Shown: positions 51,131 to 59,408 of the stretch, in pieces
How the letters are laid out: each line of letters opens with the position of its first letter
How positions within the stretch are numbered: the first letter of the stretch is position 1
IMG/VR virus record: IMGVR_UViG_3300009164_000047
Span: 1 to 64,000 of that record
From: a virus
DNA length: 64,000 nt
Strand: one strand, 5' to 3'
Position numbers and translations under genes: made by a program
The notes under the pieces: generated by a model
The model's database searches: none
What the model saw: the letters and a program-made list of their open reading frames with translations, nothing else
What the model was told of the DNA's origin: nothing

Positions 51131-54100
51131 ATGTCTTTTACGTTGTCTGATGGTGGAGTTCAAATATCTAATATTTCAATTTTAGGGCCTACCCCCGGAG
51201 CCCCCGGTATAACCGCAGCAACCCAAATTGGAATAGGGCAGGTACAAATAGATTATACTGCACCAATTTATAAAGGTGCATCGATCATTACACGATATTT
51301 TGTAGTTTCCTCACCTGGTAATATTACTGCTAGTATAACTACATTTACTTCCGGTAGTATTGTTCTTTCTGGTTTGACAGATAGACAAATTTATGTCTTT
51401 GTTGTTTATGCGGAAAATTCATATGGGTTTGGTGCAACTGCAATTAGTTCTCCGGTACAGATATATCCTGCAAAACCAGATGAACCTATAATAGTATCAG
51501 TATCTCAGCAAGGGTGGGGAGCTAATATTTCTTATACTGCCCCCTTACTGACAGGCCTTTCTCAGATACAATCATATACCGGTATCTCTACTCCGGGTAG
51601 TATTACTAAAACTGTAAATCAATCGGGTTCAGGATATTTAGTAATAGGTGATAATACAACTAAGTTAACATTAGGTACACCTTATACTTTTACAGCACAT
51701 GCTACTAATTCTTATGGTGATAGTATAGAAAGTATTGCTAGCAATAGTTTAACTTTAACAAGGCCCACTGTTGACGGACCTACGTTAGTACCATCTACTT
51801 ATCAAACTGATTTAAATGTGTATTTAACTGTCATCCCCCCAACACGTACTGCGGTTCAAGCACCGGTTACTACTTATTCCGTAACATTTAATGGCGGTAC
51901 TACAACAGGTTCATCTTCTAGTACACGCACGGTTAGTTCAAGTATATTAGCTTGCAGAACTGCCGCTCCAACAGTTGAATCTGCAGGACCATATACATTA
52001 ACGGTTGGAGGGATAGCAGCAATACCAGTTTCAACTACTTATCCTAACTCTTACGTTTATCCCTATAGTCCTTTTATGGGGGCTATAGCTAGTAATTTTA
52101 ACGGAAGTAATTATTTAATAGGACCAACTAAACGTAGATTAATTAACACTGGGCCATTCAGTATTGAATGTTGGATAAAACCCGCAAATCCAGTTTCCGG
52201 TACCGACCAATGTATAGTTCAAAACTTTGATTGGAATGGTGGAAATAATTCTGGATTTATATTGTGGTTAACTGGTTCTGGAAAAATAAGATTAGAAGCA
52301 ACTGATGGAGTATTTAGCCTTACAATTCCTACACAGCCTACAGTAATCGAAAGTAATTATGCACTACCGGCGAATACATTATACGCATTACGTTTTACTA
52401 ATACTGCTACTAATGGTTCTCAGATGATAACCGGACCATTAACTCAAGCAATACTTACTGTTGGACCATTTACTATTGAAGCTTGGATAAAACCTAATCA
52501 GCCATCAGTAGCGGTAAACATGTTAGTTGTTGAAAACGCACGATGGTCTGCTGGTAATGCCGGAGGATTCAGAGTATATGTAACGACTGCTAATACCATA
52601 AGGTTAGATGCTGTTAATGGAACATGGAATTCTTTTCCAACGGTTTTAACTAGTACTACATCAATACCAAATGGAGATTATACTCATGTAGCAATAACTA
52701 GGGACAACAACAATGATATAAGGATTTTTCTTAATGGGGTAGTAGATGTCTCTACTGTTAATAATTCAAGTAATTTTAGTAACATAGCGTATAGCTCTGG
52801 TACCGGTGGTTTAGGTACATTAAGAATAGGTGCAAGTCAATCTGATTCTACTTACCCCAATCCATTCCAAGGGTTTATATCTAATTTAAGAATAGTTCCG
52901 GGGGTTGCAGTATATACTGTATCTTTTACCGTTCCTAATTTTTTGCTAAGTGCTACACAAAGTTCAAGTACAAATATAGCGGCTATTGGCCCTGTTATAC
53001 CATCAGATGGTTATAGTGTACTTTTTAATCCAAATATAAATGCAAAACAATACTTAACAGTACCCTATAATTCTATTTTTGATATCCCGACAGACACTCA
53101 ATGGACTATTGAATGCTGGGTATTAACAAGTAGTACAAATGCTTTTATTATAGCCAATAGAAATTGGAATTATGGTAGTGGTGGTCCTACATGGGGATTT
53201 AGCCTTCAAGGTGGAGTCACACCACAATGGGACATAGCTGGATCAGGATCTGCAAGTTTTGTCTTGGCTACATCTACTTTAAGTGGTACACTGGGTCGAT
53301 GGAATCATTATGCATTTACCCGTGATTCTAACAATGATTGTAGAATTTTTGTTAATGGACAGGTGGGTGTTACCCGTAATGATAATAGAGCAATGACTAA
53401 CGCTGCCGGACCTGTATTTATCGGTGTTGCTAGTAATCTCAGTAACTCCTCATATTCTTCTGGACATATATCAAATTTAAGAATTGTTAAGAATCAAGCA
53501 TTATATACTACCAATTTTACACCAAGCACAAGTCCATTAACTAGAACAAGTCAAGGTGCTATAGCATCTAATGTAATTTTAGTAATATGCCAGGGTAATA
53601 CTTTATCTGATAATGGAACAGGTAATAGTGGCTCTACGTTTACCCTATCTGCTTTTGGAAATATTAATTATGTAAATACACCTATAATTACAAAACATTA
53701 CAGTCCTTTTGGTACTCAAGCAGTACTTCTTGCAGGACAATCTAGTTCAGCTACCACCGACAATTCCGGTCTTTCACCACTTAGTGGCGGTGCTGGAGGG
53801 GTTGTTTTATTTCAAAATAAATGGTATCATATTGCAGTATCACGTGATATATATAATGTTGTTCGTATTTTTGTTGATGGGGTTGCAGATACTAATACAG
53901 TAACTTATCCAGCAAGTTTAAGTTTACGTGCTACGCAATCCGTCGGTAATCCAGGACCAACATTCAGAATAGGAGCACGTGTTAAAGATTCTAGTGTATC
54001 TAATAATTATACTGGTTTACTATCTGATTTACGTATCATTCAAGGTTACTATCGTTCAATTAATTTTTCATTACCAACAGAACTATCAAATGCTAGTGAA

Positions 54101-54898
54101 ACCTTGAGTAATATATATCCAATATTGTCTTTACCAAACAATACTTATACCTTTACTGGTGTTTCAAATAATATATATGGTGACGGGCCTGCAGGTACTG
54201 CATCATCTCCGTTTATTGTTAATAACAGTCAAATAGCATGGGTTAATACAAGTACAGTAAATGCAATCAGCACAACATGGACAGTACCTGCAGGTGTTTA
54301 TTCTATTAGTGCAGTTGTAATAGGAGGGGGCGGAGGAGGAGGATATAAATCGGGCGGAGGCGCCGGTGGTGGTGGAGGAGGAGGATTGACTTATGCTAAT
54401 AACATCACTGTTAATCCAGGGGAAGTTTTAACAATACGTGTTGCATTTGCAGGTGCATTCGCTACTGCATCGCTATCTCCTGGATATGGTGGAAGCTCAT
54501 CAATTACCAGAGCCTCTGCAACTGTTTTAATTACTGCTAGTTCAGGGTATGCAGGCTCTCAAAATGCTAGTACCGCTGGTGCTCAGGGCGTTGGAGGGAA
54601 CGGAACAATAGTAAACGGTTCTGGATTAAATGTTGAAGGTGAAACTGTAACCGGGTATAGTGGTAAAGCAGGTAACGGAGGAAGCGGCACTACAAATGGT
54701 CAAGGTGGTAGTGCGGCTACGTATACAGCACAACCGACTACTACTCTTGTAGGTATAAGTGAACTAGGTAGTGCAGTATCCGGAGTAAACGGTGTAGGTG
54801 GTAGTAGCGGTTCTAATGGTGGTCCGGGTGTCGTGCGAATTGTATGGCCAGGAGAATTTAGAAAATATCCAGATACAAACGTTAGTACAAATCTTTAA
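51131..54898 (+). CDS. Adhesin-like virion protein: FN3 repeats, three LamG/ConA domains, Gly-rich C-terminus
   Basis: FN3 patterns (YVFVVYAENSYG, YTFTAHATNSYG); LamG patterns (FSIECW, WYHIAVSR, ISNLRIV); WTVPAGVYSISAVVIGGGG..GVVRIVW. Late promoter at 51102. Confidence 0.8.
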   Translation: MSFTLSDGGVQISNISILGPTPGAPGITAATQIGIGQVQIDYTAPIYKGASIITRYFVVSSPGNITASITTFTSGSIVLSGLTDRQIYVFVVYAENSYGFGATAISSPVQIYPAKPDEPIIVSVSQQGWGANISYTAPLLTGLSQIQSYTGISTPGSITKTVNQSGSGYLVIGDNTTKLTLGTPYTFTAHATNSYGDSIESIASNSLTLTRPTVDGPTLVPSTYQTDLNVYLTVIPPTRTAVQAPVTTYSVTFNGGTTTGSSSSTRTVSSSILACRTAAPTVESAGPYTLTVGGIAAIPVSTTYPNSYVYPYSPFMGAIASNFNGSNYLIGPTKRRLINTGPFSIECWIKPANPVSGTDQCIVQNFDWNGGNNSGFILWLTGSGKIRLEATDGVFSLTIPTQPTVIESNYALPANTLYALRFTNTATNGSQMITGPLTQAILTVGPFTIEAWIKPNQPSVAVNMLVVENARWSAGNAGGFRVYVTTANTIRLDAVNGTWNSFPTVLTSTTSIPNGDYTHVAITRDNNNDIRIFLNGVVDVSTVNNSSNFSNIAYSSGTGGLGTLRIGASQSDSTYPNPFQGFISNLRIVPGVAVYTVSFTVPNFLLSATQSSSTNIAAIGPVIPSDGYSVLFNPNINAKQYLTVPYNSIFDIPTDTQWTIECWVLTSSTNAFIIANRNWNYGSGGPTWGFSLQGGVTPQWDIAGSGSASFVLATSTLSGTLGRWNHYAFTRDSNNDCRIFVNGQVGVTRNDNRAMTNAAGPVFIGVASNLSNSSYSSGHISNLRIVKNQALYTTNFTPSTSPLTRTSQGAIASNVILVICQGNTLSDNGTGNSGSTFTLSAFGNINYVNTPIITKHYSPFGTQAVLLAGQSSSATTDNSGLSPLSGGAGGVVLFQNKWYHIAVSRDIYNVVRIFVDGVADTNTVTYPASLSLRATQSVGNPGPTFRIGARVKDSSVSNNYTGLLSDLRIIQGYYRSINFSLPTELSNASETLSNIYPILSLPNNTYTFTGVSNNIYGDGPAGTASSPFIVNNSQIAWVNTSTVNAISTTWTVPAGVYSISAVVIGGGGGGGYKSGGGAGGGGGGGLTYANNITVNPGEVLTIRVAFAGAFATASLSPGYGGSSSITRASATVLITASSGYAGSQNASTAGAQGVGGNGTIVNGSGLNVEGETVTGYSGKAGNGGSGTTNGQGGSAATYTAQPTTTLVGISELGSAVSGVNGVGGSSGSNGGPGVVRIVWPGEFRKYPDTNVSTNL

Positions 54899-55008
54899 GT
54901 GTTTACACTGGGTAAAAACAATGATTTTCTCTATGTTATTTTTGATTTTTCCGTGTATAATAACGATATATACTATGACAGTATGTCAAACTTAACCAGG
55001 AGAAAACT

Positions 55009-55080
55009 ATGTGGACAAAACCAACAGCATCTGATATGCGTTTCGGATTTGAAATCACGATGTATATTGCTAACCGCTAA
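55009..55080 (+). CDS. pqqA: Pyrroloquinoline quinone precursor peptide PqqA ([23 protein letters not shown])
   Basis: 23 aa with W-x-x-P and RFGFExxxY (EITMY); SD AGGAG; own terminator. Below the ORF-track cutoff. Confidence 0.93.
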   Translation: MWTKPTASDMRFGFEITMYIANR

Positions 55081-55094
55081 TATATATTGAAATC

Positions 55095-55122
55095 AAAAAA
55101 AGGGCACTAGTTGCCCTTTTTT
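55095..55122 (+). terminator. Intrinsic (bidirectional-type) terminator after pqqA
   Basis: A7-GGGCA-CTAGT-TGCCC-T6. Confidence 0.85.
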
Positions 55123-55158
55123 CTTTACTGCTTCTGAATAATCATATATACTATTAAC

Positions 55159-55446
55159 ATGAGTACTGAACAAGACAAATTCAACCATTCTAAGCGTTTA
55201 CTCAAGGATGAGAACGCCATTAAAAAGCAAACTAGGATTGCTAAATCAGCAGGCATAAAAGTTGACGAACCACATAAGTTTGCCAAACATCATGCATTAG
55301 ACTGTGGTAATCCAGAATGTTTTTTATGCGGTAATCCTAGAAAAACACATAAAGATAAGCTAACTCAACAAGAGAAACGTTTATTTCAAGATGTAGAACA
55401 AGAGCGTGATAAACGCAGTAATGGTCTACCAAAAAGTGAAGAATGA
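55159..55446 (+). CDS. Basic hypothetical protein with C-x4-C-x2-C-GNPR putative zinc motif
   Basis: HHALDCGNPECFLCGNPRK; preceded by TTTACT-17-TATACT, 6 nt, then ATG. Confidence 0.75.
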   Translation: MSTEQDKFNHSKRLLKDENAIKKQTRIAKSAGIKVDEPHKFAKHHALDCGNPECFLCGNPRKTHKDKLTQQEKRLFQDVEQERDKRSNGLPKSEE

Positions 55447-55448
55447 GA

Positions 55449-55466
55449 CAGTAATATTTCTGTCAC
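55449..55466 (+). promoter_or_regulatory. Pho-box-like 11-bp direct repeat upstream of the porin
   Basis: CAGTAAT-ATTT-CTGTCAC compared with the PhoB consensus CTGTCAT-A(A/T)A(A/T)-CTGTCA(C/T). Confidence 0.45.
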
Positions 55467-55512
55467 ATTTTTACTAATAAATACATAATCATTTAAACAC
55501 TAAGGAGATAAA

Positions 55513-56076
55513 ATGAGATTTACAAAATTAGCAGTAACATTCGCATCACTATTGATTGCAGGTTCAGTATTTGCTGGAGGCTATGCATCATTGGAATATT
55601 ATGATGAAAGCAATCGTCTAACCGGTGCAGACAACATTAAAGAAGCATTGGTCATCGGTAACAAAGTTGGTGACACAGACTATAGTCTTAAAATGGAAAA
55701 CAGCCAAACAGAATTTGGCAGTGGTTCTATTACACAAGGTCTTGAAGTTCGTGTAAAACAATCTTTTGGTGACAAGGGTGGTATCCGTCCTTACTTGGGT
55801 GTTCGCCTGGGTGAAAAAGTATCTAGTTCAACTAACTTTAGTCACTATGCTTTTGATGCAGGAGTCAAGATTCCTCTAGGCGCAGGTTTTACCGGTGATG
55901 TTGGTGCTCGTTATCGTGATGCATTTGATACATCAAACAGTTACACCACACAACGTGCTCACCTTGCAATTGGTTATGAATTAACTAAACAAGACGCAAT
56001 TGCAGTTCGCTGGAGCCGTAGCTGGGGTGATGAAGAAAAAGACGCAGTACGTTTACAGTACACACGTAGTTTCTAA
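55513..56076 (+). CDS. Small outer-membrane beta-barrel (porin-like)
   Basis: Sec signal peptide (..GSVFA), alternating amphipathic strands, C-terminal BAM signal LQYTRSF, SD TAAGGAG. Confidence 0.82.
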   Translation: MRFTKLAVTFASLLIAGSVFAGGYASLEYYDESNRLTGADNIKEALVIGNKVGDTDYSLKMENSQTEFGSGSITQGLEVRVKQSFGDKGGIRPYLGVRLGEKVSSSTNFSHYAFDAGVKIPLGAGFTGDVGARYRDAFDTSNSYTTQRAHLAIGYELTKQDAIAVRWSRSWGDEEKDAVRLQYTRSF

Positions 56077-56089
56077 TCAGTATTTAAAA

Positions 56090-56132
56090 AATCGACCGCA
56101 ACGATTGAGCGGAGCTGAAACCCGTAATCAGC
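56090..56132 (+). ncRNA. Candidate small pseudoknot + hairpin RNA in the porin 3' region
   Basis: AATCG/CGATT stem whose loop CCGC can pair with downstream GCGG; then a GCTGA/TCAGC hairpin. Confidence 0.4.
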
Positions 56133-56136
56133 ACTA

Positions 56137-56157
56137 GGACCCGAAAGGGTCTTTTTT
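56137..56157 (+). terminator. Intrinsic terminator
   Basis: GGACCC-GAAA-GGGTCT followed by a T-tract. Confidence 0.9.
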
Positions 56158-56158
56158 A

Positions 56159-56187
56159 TTGACAAAAATACCTTGATATGTTATAAT
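56159..56187 (+). promoter_or_regulatory. Perfect sigma70 promoter TTGACA-17-TATAAT with extended -10
   Basis: TTGACA 56159-56164, TG at 56179-56180, TATAAT 56182-56187. Confidence 0.9.
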
Positions 56188-56193
56188 CTTGCT

Positions 56194-56448
56194 ATGAAGA
56201 TAGAAAAAGCAACTGATTGGCAAGATGTGCATACTAAACTGCGTAGTCAAATGCTTAGTATTGGATACAATCCTGATTTGCAACGTATGCTTAACAACAT
56301 TACTAATATGGTAAGTGAGTTAAGTAACCTAGAAGTAGATGCTAGACGTACACGCATAGAACATTATGCAAAGGAAAAGGTCAATGAAGTTAATAAAGCC
56401 ATTGACCATTTAGAAAAGTTATTGTTGATAGCACAGTTAATGCGTTAA
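56194..56448 (+). CDS. Helical hypothetical early protein (leaderless)
   Basis: ATG 56194 sits at the predicted +1. The track's TTG start at 56173 is inside the promoter. Confidence 0.75.
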   Translation: MKIEKATDWQDVHTKLRSQMLSIGYNPDLQRMLNNITNMVSELSNLEVDARRTRIEHYAKEKVNEVNKAIDHLEKLLLIAQLMR

Positions 56449-57803
56449 TGTTTCTTTACATCAACTAATAAATCAAAACCAACTTGTTGTATTTCCATGT
56501 CAAAGTTATGTTCTTTGGCAATATGTTCAAATACTTTCTTACTGAACCCAGTACGGTGTATCATAAAGTCAACCCGATTCTTATGTACACTATGACGATG
56601 ACCGTAGATAATATCAATAGGACTAATTGGTCCACCAGCACTTTCATATACAACGTCAAGTAAATCACCTGATGCAATCTTTTCACCTATAACTTGTAGG
56701 TTAGGTGTCAATATTCTAACATATCCATCGGGCTTGCACACACGCAATAACTCACTGATAACACTAGGTACTTTAAAGTAATCAATATGTTCAATCATAT
56801 GTGAAGTGTAAGCACAATCTACATAGTTATTTGGTATATGACTTATATCAGTTACATCAGCTAGTATATCTGGATTAAACTTATTATCAATATCCAATGA
56901 TATCTCACGCATATCTTCAAATACTTCAGTATACAATAAATCTTTAATTGCTATACCGCCAAACCCAACGTTCAATACAGTCTTATCAGTTGTTGGTTGT
57001 AATGTTTCAGGTCTATCATATCTATCCCACCATTCACGCCAATTCATTTGGTCATCTTCTTCTGTATCATATTGCATATGTAATGCAAGACTTGGAATAG
57101 GAACAAATAAATAATAGCCGCGCTTTCTAAACAATTGGTTGATAGTATTATCTTCCATTTTACTAGTAACCTCATGTTTGCCCATTGCTTCAAACACATC
57201 CCAATTGTCTTTGATAACTTGATGATGTACCATAAAACAACTAGCAGTCATGGGCAATGTACGCCAATGACGTCCTTGTCTACGAATGATATGACTTTGT
57301 ACTGCTGTGTTTTCTGGTATATACTTATATGGATCGTCATATGGATAGATACTAGTAAAGTTACCCAATGCACCGCTGGTAAACATCATTGTTTGAATCA
57401 TATCATAAATTGCAGTGGTGTCGTATAAATAATCATCTTGTGCAAAGTACACAATCTCTTTTCCATAATCACGACCGTGTTCATAGCAACGTAGTATGCT
57501 TGGCATGATACCATACGTATCAAGTGCAATGAATTGTGTTTTAAATGTAGCGATATTGAGATTGTTTTTAATCTCATTCACAATTGACGCATCACTATGG
57601 TCATCAAATACAACTAATTCAAATGTGCTATCTAAGTATAATTCCTTAGCATAGTTCATTGTCTCTACTAAACTACGTGTGCAACGTCTTGTTATCTCAC
57701 CTTTGGGTGCTTTAACAAAACGTTCATTCTGATTCATTCCTAGATAGTGCTGGCTATCACCTTTGCTATGTGTTTGTAATACTACTAATACATTTATTCC
57801 CAT
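56445..57803 (-). CDS. GT-A glycosyltransferase fused to a class I SAM methyltransferase
   Basis: VFDDHS and FAQDDY (GT2-like); VLNVGFGG, YTSHMIEH, RVCKPDG..TPN (MTase). Confidence 0.8.
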   Translation of the reverse strand: MGINVLVVLQTHSKGDSQHYLGMNQNERFVKAPKGEITRRCTRSLVETMNYAKELYLDSTFELVVFDDHSDASIVNEIKNNLNIATFKTQFIALDTYGIMPSILRCYEHGRDYGKEIVYFAQDDYLYDTTAIYDMIQTMMFTSGALGNFTSIYPYDDPYKYIPENTAVQSHIIRRQGRHWRTLPMTASCFMVHHQVIKDNWDVFEAMGKHEVTSKMEDNTINQLFRKRGYYLFVPIPSLALHMQYDTEEDDQMNWREWWDRYDRPETLQPTTDKTVLNVGFGGIAIKDLLYTEVFEDMREISLDIDNKFNPDILADVTDISHIPNNYVDCAYTSHMIEHIDYFKVPSVISELLRVCKPDGYVRILTPNLQVIGEKIASGDLLDVVYESAGGPISPIDIIYGHRHSVHKNRVDFMIHRTGFSKKVFEHIAKEHNFDMEIQQVGFDLLVDVKKH

Positions 57804-58973
57804 TTAAATAAACCAAGTTATAATACTGTATCGTGTGCCTTTAGTTACAGGCATTATTTCATGTGGGTACATAAAGTTACTAGGGAACATTAATACGCTA
57901 CCCTTTTTAAGAAAAACTTTCTTTTCTCTATCCCAAAAAGCAAACTCACCGCCTTCATAGTCATCATTTATTGCAAATGAACAACTAACTGCTCTCGGTT
58001 GTTTTAAGAAACTATCAGTATGCTGGATGTAAAATTGTCCTTCATTATATCTTAACAGTTCATAGCCACTATCTTGATCTATTCTAGCTTCTGGAAAAAC
58101 TTCATTATACTTTTGAATTGCAGTAGCGGCAGCTTTAAATAATTCTTCATCTAATGCTTTTCTTATTTCAGGATTTTGCTGAATAACAGCTTGGAAACTT
58201 AATCCAATGGTATCAGTATTCCGTATCTTTGTATCAAGAACTCCTGCACCTATAATAGTTGGTTGCCAGTCATTGCTATTTACATACTCACTTAAAATCC
58301 TATCACAAAGGTCATCGGAAACAATATTTTCAAATACTTGTATATAATCTTCAATATTCTTTTTGTATTCTACTTTGGGTAACATGACTTCTTTTGTAGC
58401 TTCTGTTCGTTTTTCCATTACTAATTTTTTTGTTTCTTTATCTTTGTTATCAAAGAATGCATAATTTCTATCACCCCTACTACGTACATAATGCAAAAAT
58501 ACTTGAACATATTCTTGCCCTTGAAATTGTTCACGCCAGTGTTCGGCTTCACAACCCAAATACATCATAGCATCTCCGGATTTTAAATTTAATGATACCT
58601 CTTCACCGTTTGGTTTTTTAATATAGATGGGCCATTCTGCGTCACCAGCTAAGTGTAGTGTTAAACTAATTTCACACGCATCCCTATCTTTGTGAATTTT
58701 TAAATCACTGCCTTCTTTATATACTCTTGCATAGGTGTATGTTGGTAACACTGGCTCACCCAAAAAATTATTAATCTGGGGTGTTCTTTCACATAACAAT
58801 TCTAAAAAGTCTATATAATTGTAAACTGCATGAGAATTTTCAACTTGAGTGTCACCGGGTAAATTTTCTTCAATACAATAATTTATGAATTTGTTATATA
58901 AATGATTTGCATGATCCTGTGATATAAAATTAGGGATGTATAGATAGTTATTGTCTATTAATTTCTGATTCAT
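57804..58973 (-). CDS. Tandem double 2OG-Fe(II) oxygenase (prolyl-4-hydroxylase-like)
   Basis: Domain 1: HKD..EHWR..FLHY. Domain 2: HTD..DDYEGGE..PHEIMPVTKGTRYSIITW. Confidence 0.85.
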   Translation of the reverse strand: MNQKLIDNNYLYIPNFISQDHANHLYNKFINYCIEENLPGDTQVENSHAVYNYIDFLELLCERTPQINNFLGEPVLPTYTYARVYKEGSDLKIHKDRDACEISLTLHLAGDAEWPIYIKKPNGEEVSLNLKSGDAMMYLGCEAEHWREQFQGQEYVQVFLHYVRSRGDRNYAFFDNKDKETKKLVMEKRTEATKEVMLPKVEYKKNIEDYIQVFENIVSDDLCDRILSEYVNSNDWQPTIIGAGVLDTKIRNTDTIGLSFQAVIQQNPEIRKALDEELFKAAATAIQKYNEVFPEARIDQDSGYELLRYNEGQFYIQHTDSFLKQPRAVSCSFAINDDYEGGEFAFWDREKKVFLKKGSVLMFPSNFMYPHEIMPVTKGTRYSIITWFI

Positions 58974-58974
58974 A

Positions 58975-59310
58975 TTATTCTAATAAATTATTGTCTGAGG
59001 TTCTGTCAACTATTAATTGTTTTTTCAATTCGTTCATATCGTTTGTTGCGGCAGCAAGCAATACTCTATGACTAGCTTCATTAGCTTTAACCATTTCATT
59101 TCTAAAGCTTTCGACTGCGGCGCCAGTTGAACGTTGTTGACCTGAATTTTCAATTAATAGCATTGGGATTAATGCAACTGTGCAGTTCCATTCATCTACA
59201 CGTTTGCCTGTGTTCATGTCGTAGCCTTCTACTTTAACGAACCAGGCACAGTCTAATCCAATACATTCTTTTTTGAAGATTGGGCAAAGATTTTTTCTTT
59301 TTAATTCCAT
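58975..59310 (-). CDS. Cys-rich hypothetical protein
   Basis: CPIFKKECIGLDCAW..WNC..AAVESFRNEMV. Start at 59310 or 59322. Confidence 0.7.
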   Translation of the reverse strand: MELKRKNLCPIFKKECIGLDCAWFVKVEGYDMNTGKRVDEWNCTVALIPMLLIENSGQQRSTGAAVESFRNEMVKANEASHRVLLAAATNDMNELKKQLIVDRTSDNNLLE

Positions 59311-59408
59311 AGTATGTCTCACTTATGTTAGTGATATATTTACTGTGTAAAAAGAAACCCAAATAATTTTATGTATCGACTATGTTAGTATTTGGATATT
59401 CCCTATGT

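Noticed and set aside
54899-55090. 63-aa ORF from the track
   Set aside because: Overlaps pqqA in another frame; pqqA has the SD, the family motif and the terminator.
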